64,000 bases of DNA from Podarcis gaigeae (taxonomy: Eukaryota). Positions within the stretch are counted from its first letter, which is position 1; each line of letters opens with the position of its first letter. Location: assembly GCA_964106915.2 (NCBI GenBank), contig OZ066914.1. One strand, 5' to 3'. Positions 1 through 11,330 of the stretch are shown piece by piece. The translations under genes were made by a program, and so were the position numbers. Below the pieces are notes generated by a model. The model searched no databases, was not told the DNA's origin, and saw only the letters and a program-made list of their open reading frames with translations.

Positions 1-1159
1 TTAAACTGTGGTCCCACTCACTAAAATTAACTCCTGGAAAATTATATTTGCCACGTAAGTAATTTTCAGTAAGGATAATATTGGAGTCTATTGAATGAAA
101 CTTACTGAGAATTTAAAATCCTTCCATGATGAAAGTTGTCATTAAAAACTGACACATATACAATACTTCGTTAGATTTGTTACTACACTAGGTTTGCTAT
201 GGCCAGAAAAGGGGGGGGGGGAATGAGGGGAAGCAACTATCACAGGAAGTGAAATTCTAGAACAGGCCGAGTAATGACATTTAATATGCAGCAAACAAGA
301 AAATAAAATATGAGCCACTTTACTTATTAAGCATTTTCATGGAATGAATTATATGCTGAAACTACGAAAAAAGACAGGAATAATTCTTTAAAATGGATAT
401 TCTTTGAATGCTAATTATGGTAGGTGGTGTTTATTGCATTTCAACATACACAGGGCTGCAAGAACCAATGCTTAATCATAGTCTTTTAGTGATGAAAATA
501 TAAAATGACAAACGCTTCACACTTGGCTTCATTTTACTGTTTGCAAATTCTTACGCAAATCAGTTCACCTCATTGGTTTGTGCTACTGTTAAATAAAGAA
601 CATGAATTTTAAAAGAAAATCCTGGTGTTTATGGTTTAAATGCTTTTCACATGATAGAAAAGGAACAGTTGCTCAGGTGCCTTTAGAAAGGCGCGTTTCG
701 TGGTTGGCTGTGTGTGAGTGCTGAATTATAATGCAGACTGCTTAATTCATAACTCATGATGCAATTTTGCAGGCCTGTAAATCTGTGTGTACACAAACAA
801 CACAAAGAGTGGCAGATTGGTATGGAATTTGATTTGAATAATCATAAAAACAAATGTAATTGTGCCTGTTGTGGATATCATATCTTTTAGAACACAAGGA
901 AAAAAATATATACAGAAATCTCTATCATGCAAGAAATCAGAGAAAGCGTGAAAAGTGAAGTGGTGGGAGACAGCTGCTACTGCTGGCTGGATTGTCAGCC
1001 TATTTATAATCATGAAGGCTGGGAGCTGAATTTCTGTGCTGTAACGTTTTAGATAGAAATGACTGTATGTATCTCAGTATTCTAGTTTTGAAGGAGAAGA
1101 TACACTTTAGCAGCAAATATATTGCAATAAGAAAAGAAGCTTCTGAACTTAAGATGGAG

Positions 1160-1240
1160 GAATAGAACAGAATCAAATCAAATCGTAGAGTTGAAAGGGG
1201 CCCCAAGGGTCATATAGTCCAACCCCCTGCAAGCAGGAAG
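1160..1240 (-). mobile_element. CR1 LINE 3'-terminal fragment
   Basis: Reverse complement reads TTGGACTATATGACCCTTGGGGCCCCTTTCAACTCTACGATT..., the CR1 3' stem-loop plus degenerate GATTCTAT-type tail. Confidence 0.75.
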
Positions 1241-2135
1241 CGTTTAATATGCTTTCCTTTTTTCAGGACTACAGCATTTAATAGTGCTGCACATGTAAAG
1301 GCGTTGAACCATAAAATAATGTATGCCCTTGTTTGATATAAAGTGATTTTGATTGTGCATGAAAGACTGTTATTCATGTTTTTCAAAGTTGCCTTTTTCC
1401 GTTGTTGTTGTTATTATTGTTGTTGTTTATAAATACCAAATTCTAAAAGCATGCAGAATTCTAAACACTAATTAGCATGCAACATAATTTGAGGTAGTTA
1501 GTAAGTTTCACTTCACAAGTAGAATTGTGGAAGACAGTTGGAACAGATAGTTGGCTGGGGGTCTCTCAAGAATGTCCTGTTAGATATATAATATGATATG
1601 GTCTCAGACATATTGGGTTTTGGAACAGGAAGCCTTTTTCTGGTTTGGCTCTTTGCCATATGAGAATGGATCTGTAGAAGTAAAAAGAGAATGTGTTCCA
1701 CCTTACTGGCCTAACCTGCTCCTAACCTTCAGTTTTGCACTAAAAATATTTTATTAACTAGCTAGAACATATTGTGTTTATACAGAATATGATATCCAAA
1801 TTAGCTATTTACAAGTTGAGAGATGAAAGTGAAGTGCTAAATAGGAAGGAAAGGGATTGTTGTGGTGGCTTATGAAGAATCTCAGCCAAGATTGCACAAT
1901 GGCATCTCATCTGTAGCTTTGATGCATAGCGTTGTTGGTTTGGAGCATTATAAAGTTTTCTGTTTCTTCTGTTTTCTTGTTGAAAAATCCAACTTGTGTT
2001 ACACCAGTCTTACGTATTTGAAATCTGGTCAGTGATCTTGTTTTGGAAAATATATGAAAGAATGTTGTTTAAATATCTAAGGTGTCTGGTGACTAGAATT
2101 GCAGGTACAGTATTTAAACTGTTTATTGTATCATT

Positions 2136-2170
<35 letters not shown>
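2136..2170. repeat. (ATG)n microsatellite
   Basis: About 11 perfect units. Confidence 0.95.
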
Positions 2171-2171
<1 letters not shown>

Positions 2172-2520
2172 GCTTCCATGCTCAACAATGTTGTTGTTGT
2201 TTGGTGTATGAAAGTGTTCACTCTACTTTGTTTTTGCATCCACCATGCAAAAATGTTTCATGAAACCATTAGAACATTGGCCTTAGCTCAGTGTGTGGAA
2301 GGCTGGAGAGCTATGACCTGCTTTTCATTTGCCGCATCAAGTTTCCTTTTTGAGATGGTGCCTTACCTTCTCTTCAGCAGATTCTAGCAGGCTAAAACAT
2401 ACCTTGAACAGAAGGTACGGTATCTTCTGATGACTCTTCCATTTCCAAACAATGTTTGGATGGTAGCTGGAAGCCAGATTTTCTAGATTACTAGATTACT
2501 GCCTTGACTGCTGCCACAGA

Positions 2521-2615
2521 GTATGTATGTATGTATGTATGTATGTATGTATGTATGTATGTATGTATTTAGTTAGTAGTTAGTTTAGTTTAGTTCAGTT
2601 AGTTTAGTTAGTTAG
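2521..2615. repeat. Compound (GTAT)n / (TTAG)n microsatellite, probably an old retroelement tail
   Basis: Read directly from the sequence. Confidence 0.85.
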
Positions 2616-4344
2616 TATACCTCCCTTTATCCATAGATCACAGGGCAGTTCACAACAAATTACAAAATGAGAACTTGTGCCTGGTTTTCAGAGTCCATGC
2701 TAAAGAGGGTTTAGCATTAGATTCAGTAGTTCAAGAATCCTTTAGAGGAGGCATTAGCATGAATAAGCATTGGTGTTGCATTATAAAAACTTCAGTAATT
2801 CAAAAGTAATGTTGTGATCACTTTCCCACATTTTAAAAATCAATAATTCATACAAACTCCAAGTTGCACTTATACACACATGGTCAGTTTCTTGGGATTT
2901 ACCGAGGTAATTTATCATTGGCAGTTGCATTTTAGCCTTTCTGAAGGTAGTTATGCAGTACTTTCTTACTGCATAACTACCCTCAGGTAGTTACGGGTTG
3001 TTTATACAGGGTGGGGTTTTTTATTAAAAAAAAAAGAGGTGGGGAAGCCATATTCAGGTAACTATTCATTCACCTTAAAAAAATAATACCCCTAGAAAGT
3101 CCCAAAGCTAATATTTTAGAAGAAAGCTGTCCATTCATCAAATAGCAAGGCATTGTTGAAGTGTCATGTCCTTGCTGATGTCTGCCACATTTTTAAAGGA
3201 GTTTTATATTTCAGTTGTAAAGTGTGTGAGCAGCTTGACTTGGTACAAAAAATTAAGCAATTTTCAAAGGTCACAAAACAAGGCAGTCATGGGGGAGGAG
3301 GAGGTACTGTTTACCTACTGGTGTCACAGGTACTCCCAGACAACTGCCTAGATTTTTCTCACAATTGCTATGTTCTATCTAAATTGCACATTCAGTCTGA
3401 GCAGCTCCCCTCCCCATGGGTGTTTGGAATAAGATGTGCCTAGTATGCAGTAGTGGTGAGGCTGTGACAAATCATGCCCCTGTTTTATTGCTGGCAGACT
3501 GTTAACACAAGATTTGCATGTCAGCATGTCTGCTATTCATATTGCCAATAAGTGTTTACTTACTTCAATGGCCACTTACTTGTTAAAAGCTGAATCTAAA
3601 ATAAGTGGCCATTTATACTGGAGAGCGATTTAGTCAGTTCAGTACATGCTAAATCATTTCCTTTCTTCAATGGCAGGGATTACAATTCAGTTTGCTTTTT
3701 GAAATGCTGTATAAATTATAAGTGTTGCCTATTTTACATATTTACTTACCTGATTTAATCACACATGTTCTTGAATAACTAACAGCTGATTTGAATTTCC
3801 TGTAACTTATTTAGCTGCAATGACAAGCTTATCAAAAAGTGCATGCAAACAGACATCTCTGCTCCATAAGCTGTTTAAGTGATCTCTTTCTGTATTCAGC
3901 AAAGTTACAATAAAAATCTGTTCCTTGTCCCAACTTTTGCAGTTCCTAACTTTCAAAGCACTGTGTATTTTAGAGAGCCTTCAGCAATGAAAATGTCCTA
4001 TTAAAGTTTTAATCTCAGCCATTAAAGACATGCTGATTCTGCAAGGGAAACTTTAACTGTGCTACCACTCAGACCCACTTAAGGTTACATCAACAGTTTT
4101 CTTTAAAGTAGGAAGTGATTTGTAACTAGGGAACTGTATAGAATAGAATTGAAGGAAAGCAGTTTTGTATTATGAATGCTGTAGAAAGCATCAGTTGCTT
4201 GTGCATATTCCTAAAGTTGTCGCCTTTTGTCGCCAGGCTTCATGAGTTTTGTTCGAGAACTAGTTTAATGTAAGTTTTAGAACCATCACCCAACCCACTG
4301 AGATAAGAGAATGAGTCACAACAATGATATATAAAAAAGTATAA

Positions 4345-4575
4345 ATACAGATATTGCATTTTTAACCTGTTCATCTCCAAGATGCTCAGAACAGCTTGCA
4401 AGTTCTCCTTACTTCTCACTTCACATTTTAGCGTAATAACCACCCTGGGAGATAGGTTAGGCCCAGAGAGTGGATGGTCCAAGGTCACATAGTGAGCTAA
4501 ATGGCTGAGTGGGAATTTGAACCTGGATTTCCCCAGCCGCAGCCCAACACTATTAACTGCTGCACTAGCCTGGCT
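4345..4575 (-). mobile_element. Old tRNA-derived CORE/MIR-like SINE
   Basis: CCAAGGTCACATAGTGAG...GGGAATTTGAACCTGG is the reverse complement of the B-box and CORE region. Confidence 0.7.
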
Positions 4576-4780
4576 TTCCTTGTTAGTTGTGGCTATACAG
4601 TATTTTCTAATGCATTCCTATTGACATTTTCTTATTTATACTTTACTCCCGCTTCTATTACAGTGTTGATTGTTGCAATCCCTGACCCCCAATTTTATCT
4701 TGCCCAAGCATTGCACTTTTCTGCAGCTGATCTCTGTGCCACCTCCTAAAAACAGCTTGTGGCAATACAGTGTTTGAGAA

Positions 4781-5243
4781 TGTTATGAGCCAGTGTGGTG
4801 TAGTGGTTAAGAGCAGTAGTCTTGTAATCTGGGGAACCGGGTTCACGCCTCCGCTCCTCCACATGCAGCTGCTGGGCTAATCACACTTCTTTGAAGTCTC
4901 TCAGCCCCACTCACCTCACAGAGTGTTTGTTGTGGGGGAGGAAGGGAAAGGAGAAAGTTGAGACTCCTTAAAGGGAGTGAAAGGCGGGATATCAAATCCA
5001 AACTCTTCTTCTTCCTATGTACTGAAGTTCTCACCCTGGGCCAGCAGGGGGATACTGGATTGAAAGTAACGTTCAGTGATTGGATAGTTTCAGAAGATGG
5101 TTACTGTTGCGTTGTAGTGGAGCTCTATATAAGCAGGCTGGCTGAACCCTGCAATTCAGTTCAGTTCTGTTCTGGCCTGTGAATAAACAAGAGCTGTTTG
5201 AAGAATCGCTGTGTCATCTGATATGTTCACCCACAACTTAACA
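4781..5243 (+). mobile_element. Solo LTR (about 231 bp net) interrupted by a SINE
   Basis: TGTTA...TAACA termini; GAGAA TSD at 4776-80 and 5244-48; ATTGG 5079, TATATAA 5126, AATAAA 5182. Confidence 0.8.
4788..5015 (+). mobile_element. Squam3-like tRNA/CORE SINE
   Basis: A-box TGGTGTAGTGG at 4796, B-box GGTTCACGCC at 4840, (CTT)n tail, TATG TSD at 4784-87 and 5016-19. Confidence 0.85.
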
Positions 5244-6853
5244 GAGAACATGGCCTTGCCCTCCCCCTTTCTATTTTATTTTCTTCAAGTGGGGTACTGT
5301 CTTCATGAAATAGATTGGGAATAGACTTACAGACCTCACATTTTTGTTCTTTTAGAGGCCAGTGATGTTGGTATTGGGGGAAGGAACACATCATTTGCCA
5401 GCCTCATGTGGTTCCTCTATAGATGTTGGATAACTGTGGTGCGTGCTTGGCCATAGAGAAGCAGGTCCCATATTGCTCTATTAATGCTTGAATTAGAATG
5501 GGATCTGCCTGCATCGTGTATTTTCATGTCTTTTCAAAGGAGCTACATTAGGGTTGCAACTACCTGGAACTGCCACACCAAGTTGTGTTCATTTTTCCAA
5601 AACTCACCAGGGCAAACTTCTGGTTCTAACTTCTGTGCTAATGCCAGCGTACCCAGCTGCTGCTCTGTGGAGAGAGTGTAAAGTGATTACTTGGGAAGGG
5701 GGGACCCTTTGTTCTTATTTCCAGCTCTTGAAGCACCCATTAATTAGTCATTGGCATAAGTTTTGAGGTTGTTTGAGGTGGGTGTTGTTTGCTTGAGCCT
5801 GTGTTGACCTTCTGAATTGTACCTTAAAGCCAAGAGTTGCAAACCAAGGTAGCAGCAACCAACTCTTACCATTGTAAACATGCTGTTGCAGCCACATTAA
5901 TAATTATTTTTATTACATTTTGAGGGTGAGCTATTATCAGGTCTAATAGTTTCTTTAGATACCTAGGTTGACATGGCAGCCAAGTGAATTTTATTTAGGG
6001 CAAAAACACAAAAATCTCTACAAAATATGTCATGCAGCCAAATGTGTTAGTTATCAAACATTAAATGACACATAGTTTGTATGAACTGGCCTTTTGTGCC
6101 ATTGCGTTGCTAAAAATACATTTCAAACTCCAAAATTGCTGCAAAACTCACTATATCTCAAAACTGAAACATATTCATCACTTTGTAGTCAGAAAAACAT
6201 TGAAAGGTTTAGAACTATAGAAATGGCACCTAAGGTTATCTTTTTAAAGTTATAAAACAATTCTTTATAAATTACTGTTGTTTTTATATCTGCTTTTTCA
6301 TCAGCATGTTTAGTATTTCTAATGATGTTGGTGTGTGTATGCTTCCACATGGGCTCACACACATAATTATGCACATCTTTCACATTCTCAGTCTTCTGAA
6401 CCTTAAGTATTTAATAAAATGTAATTACTGATACAGCTGGGAGTTATTTAAACATGGTCAAATTTTAAAGGATGGTAGTTAAAACTAGCTTTAGTATGAT
6501 CAGCTAAAGCTAAATGTTGTTTGAAAGGTGTAATGTGTGTGTTCATTTTTCTTTTCTCTCTCCATCCATAAATATACACAAGTGCACAGTCACCTTTACC
6601 ATGAAATATACTGTTTGTAAAAGTGCTTGATTTGTTGCTGCTAATCTTTGCAGTCCATATGTCACAGATAAATATGATTATACTAACCTTTTATGAAAGT
6701 TTTTTTTTGTTTTAATGAAAGATTTATTTATTCTTAATGACCATGTTGAATAATTTTCAGTGGTGTATATGATAAGAGGTATTTGATTTTATCAAATGTT
6801 TTCATTCAGGTGGTTCAGTAATAAACCTGATTTAATTGAAAACCTTAAGAGCC

Positions 6854-6867
6854 CCACTAGATGGCAA
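6854..6867 (+). promoter_or_regulatory. Candidate CTCF site
   Basis: CCACTAGATGGCAA matches the core CCASYAGRKGGCR. Confidence 0.5.
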
Positions 6868-9800
6868 TCTCGGCAATTGATGCTGCAATGCTTTCTGCTT
6901 AGGTTGACAACAACTTATGGAAATTAATCTTGAATTCATTTTGAGGTCACAGATCCAAGAAAAGCATTCCATATATCTGCAGTATCACAGAACCTATGAA
7001 AGAAGTGTTTAAATCTGCCCAGATTGTGAATCTGGTAGCATATTGCTCGTTCACTAATAGATATTTATATTTTAAAGCAGAATATAAAATGGTCCTACTA
7101 ACCTGCTTTTTACTGATAAAAATAAAGCTGTCTGATGGCAGTGACTTCAAAAAGTGGTTCTATTATTTCCTCTGTTTAACCTTACTGGGTGACGACTTGG
7201 CTACAGTGCAAAAAAGTTGAATCATAATTCTTAAAATCTGTAACTTCACCTTTTATCACCCACACACAAATACATATAAGCAGTCTCCATAAGTATTCGT
7301 TGTTTTTCCAAGGAGAGGGGAAGAGTGGTCTTTCAATTATAAGGATTCTTATTCATCCATATACATTAAAATATTATTCATGGGAAAGCCCAGTATGAAG
7401 AACTTTAAGGGGTTTTTTTTACTTGAATTCACCAGACCAAACTATAATGTAGTTAATGGAAGTGGGCTTCTCTCCAAGCTGATCAAACTGAGCTGGTAAA
7501 CATTTGCCAAGTTAAAATTATTTCTAGCCTGAAAATTAAGTTTGCTGTGTTTGGTATAGTATTGCTCATGGAACAGCTGAGAATCCTGATTTGTGCTGTT
7601 GATATTTTTAATTAACTAGCTATCTGTACATTTTTGTTAGAAAGATGGATTTCCATTCATTGATAAAGGGCAGAATGTCAAAGAGGGATTTTGGAGGCGT
7701 GGGGGAAGGTTGAGCTTAATTTTGAACAAAGTGTTTGATTATTTCTGTCCTGGTGCTTTTAAGGGTAGCAACTTCAGGATTGATTTGTTGGGCAGCCTGA
7801 TCACAAGGGACTGCTTCAGTTGCAGCAGTTCACACAGGCTTGTGCTGCTGCAGTTAAAAGTGCCATTCAGTTGACACACATTCAGCTCTGCTCCACTTGT
7901 CATTGAAAAGCCCTGCAACTCCCCTTACTCCAGCTACTTCCTGAGTGCAGCTACATGCTTATTCAGCAGGTTCAAGGCTGCCTGTGCCCTCAAACATCTG
8001 TTGTGTCAAGTGTGGTGGTTGTGTCAGGGTGGTGTGGATTTTTCCAAGTGCTGTCAGAGGCAGAACCTCCAGATTTTAGAAGCTGTTTCAGCAAAGCAGC
8101 TCATCGTGCTATTAAACACATTAACACACTGTGCATGCCCTTACTTGAAAATGTACCCAAGTCATTTCAGTAAAAGTTGTGGCTGGGTTTGCTTTCGTAC
8201 ACCAAAACTGTTTTACACAGCTGATAGCTCCCACCTCTGGGGAACCTGGATATGCTTTTATATTGCTATTACTGCAGTATAGTGTTGCAGATGAAGCAGA
8301 AACTTTGCTAGCGACACTTCAGCATCCCATCACAACAGCAGCTTGAGCAAGCTGGCACTTGCCCAGAAGAAATGGCTATTCATCCTGGATGAGCATTTTG
8401 CTGCAAGCCTCCAAAGTAGAGCTGGGGAACTGGTGCCTCATATTCCTGATTGGACACACTAGGTCTCCTCGAATGATACTAGGTGTGTGGCATGTAAAGG
8501 TAGGGTTTGAATGAAAGGCACTTTGCAGGCACCGCAATCAGGTGGTGCTTTCAAAGCTCCTTGCAGAAGTGCTGCCCAGGCACCGACTATCAGCGCTTGG
8601 GAACCACTGCATGCATTCCCACCCACTTTTGGCTTGATTTCAAACTGTGTGGGCAAACATGGATCACCTGACACCATTAGGCAATTGATAAGGGGGTGGG
8701 TCAACTGTCATCACACTTGGCCTATGGGCATATGTGGAGATAAGGACCTGACCCTCCCGCCAGATCCAGTTCCCCACTCCTGCTCCAAAGGAATGTATTC
8801 AGGGTTGTTCTTACAGTGGGATACTTGCTAGACATGTGAATGTCAATAATGAAAGACTTCATATAATATGAAATTTAGTAAATATTGTGGGAAATACACT
8901 GGCACATGAACACATATTAAACTTACGATTTTCAGCCCTTCTGTTGTCAGTGAACATATTTTATTAATTGAGGGTTACATCAAAAGCATATCTTTGCCAT
9001 CTTCCCTTTAAATATTTTTTCTTCCTCAACCATAAGATACTCAAACTTCAGCAGTCATATTTTTCTGTGATCCTTGATACTGCTACTAGCAAAATGGTGC
9101 TCTTTTTTTGTTTATTTTGGTCCTAAACTATCATAGCACCTTATCCCCTGCTTGTTGAATAATACAGATTATTATTTATAGATTTAATATTATACATTAG
9201 GAAATCAAGGCATATCCTGTGAAGTACAATTTTGCATTTCAAACTATTTGATAGTGTCCCTTGAATTTTCTATTCCTGCGTTCTTTGTGAGTCAGAAGTA
9301 AATTATTTGCTGTCTTTGAAGTAGATCCTGGAAATAGTTTCTACAAGTATCTTTTACAGCTGAAATTTAGCATATCAAAGCATTTTTTTTCTTATGGTGT
9401 ACACATTTATATAATGATTCACTTGTAAGATTGAAACAGTATTGTGAGTTGAAAAGTAGTAAAGGAGTTTGCATAGTTGTAAATGGCAATACTCAAAAAA
9501 GGAATTATTTATGAAGGGCAAGTATCTGGAGGTTTTAATGAAACATTTGTCCAAGATCTTAATGCTCTTTCTTGCTATTTTAAATTTTACAATATCTGCA
9601 ATTGAAGATTATTACTTTTTCCCTAGGCTCAGCTGTATTTTCTTGCTGCCATCACAATGAAGCTAAGCCTTCCGTAGCTACCTATTGCCTGAACCTGTAA
9701 TAGAATATCCTAGGTAGCTATGGATATTACAGACTGTTTCTGGTTTTTCCTTAATTGGGAACAGGAAATGTTTAAGTTTAACTGATGTAGAAATTGTGGA

Positions 9801-11047
9801 GAAATGGTTTACAACTAGGCATAGGCATTATAACCTGAAAACTTGACAACCACACTGCTCATATAGAGTAGTTTTAAAGTGATAGATTAAGGAGCATTTT
9901 ATTTAACTTTTGATAGTTGAGTAATGGCTGTGAAAACTCTCAAACTATCTGATTCAGAAAGTAGCAGCAAAAGGTCTGCTTATATATATTATATATTTAT
10001 GTATTTATATATTTAAATTGCTACTTCATTCTGAAAGTACTTTGCATTCTATATTCTTTTGGCATTGCACATGGACAGCAAATATATAAGGGCCAATTCT
10101 TATATGCATGTTCCTCACATGCAAGTTATCATCACTCAATATAAATGAAACACCACTGAAACTTTCTCATTGATCAATATCATCTTAAACACAGTGCTCA
10201 TCAGTTGAGTAAGTTCATATATTCAGTTGTTGGCCATTGACTGATGAGAAATCAAGTAATTGTATATGCATATGTGAACCAACCCTTAGTTTGCATATGG
10301 CCTCTGTGTAGTCCCACATATTGGTTCTGAGTCTATGCAGAGCACCATAGGGAATCTTCTAGCACTAACCCAGTAATGTTTGTTTTTTGGCATCAGAGCC
10401 CACCTAGCAGCCAGGGTGCATGTTTGTTAGAATATGGCCTGTGCCTTTGAAGTAGGTTCCTCTCAGGGAAGCTTGCATGGTACCAACTTCGTCATTCTTC
10501 TGATGTTTCTATTCTCCTGGACATTTGGTCAGCACTAATGATCCAGCTTTTGGTCACTTATTTTTTGGTGTTTGTGAAGTGTGTGAAGTGGTTGTTTTAT
10601 ATGTGTGTGCGTGTGTATTATTTAAAGGATTTTCTGTTTTATTTCATGTCTTTGCGTGTAAATCACTATGGGATTTCCTTTGGCTGTGTTAAGCAGTGCA
10701 TACACTGAATAAACTAACATAGAACATAATATATAGGTGAGATATATTCTGGAATAATGATTTAAGCTCCACCAAAGGACTATGAATTCAACAAACAAGC
10801 AGTGGTATATTTTTAAAGGAAACAAGCTTTTTGAAATAGAGAAAGGAAGGAGTTACTTGGACAAGGAAGAATGGAAGCTATAACGGCAACAGGAAGCCAT
10901 CTCATGATCTGCCTGAGAGACAGCAGATTGAATGCTGCCCTGGGACATGCAAATGTAACATCCACAAAGCAAAACATAAAAATGGAGAAGCAAGAGTAAC
11001 AGACTCCATACTTCTCACTCCAATGGGCATTAACTACTCTAACCACA

Positions 11048-11330
11048 GGACAGAAGAATCCCTTCTAGGTCAGACCCAAAGACCTTATCTAGTCCAGCAT
11101 TCTGTTTCCTTCAGAGACATACCAGATGCTTCCAGGAAGCCCTTAATAAGGATATGACAGCAAACATTGCTCTCCTACTGTTGTTTCCCAGGAACTGGTA
11201 GTTGGAGAAATGCTGCGTCTAATTTGGGAGTGTAGCTTATAACCACTGTAACTCGTAGCCATTAATAACCTTGTCTTCCAAAAATATGGCAACTCCAGAG
11301 TGGCCACCTGGCTTACACATTGGGTAATTG
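11048..11330 (-). mobile_element. Degraded CR1 LINE 3' fragment
   Basis: ATCTAGTCCAGCATTCTGTTTC...CCAGATGCTTCCAGGAAGCCC...GTAGCCATT resembles the antisense squamate CR1 3' end as recalled. Confidence 0.65.

Noticed and set aside
2136-2387. ORF beginning with poly-Met
   Set aside because: Artefact of the (ATG)n microsatellite; the rest has no coding signal
2941-2986. GAAGGTAGTT resembling let-7 or miR-196
   Set aside because: The match covers only about 7 nt, and the hairpin is too short and lacks the mature sequence
4788-4860. tRNA-like A and B boxes here and at about 29060-29139
   Set aside because: They are SINE heads with no complete cloverleaf, so not tRNA genes
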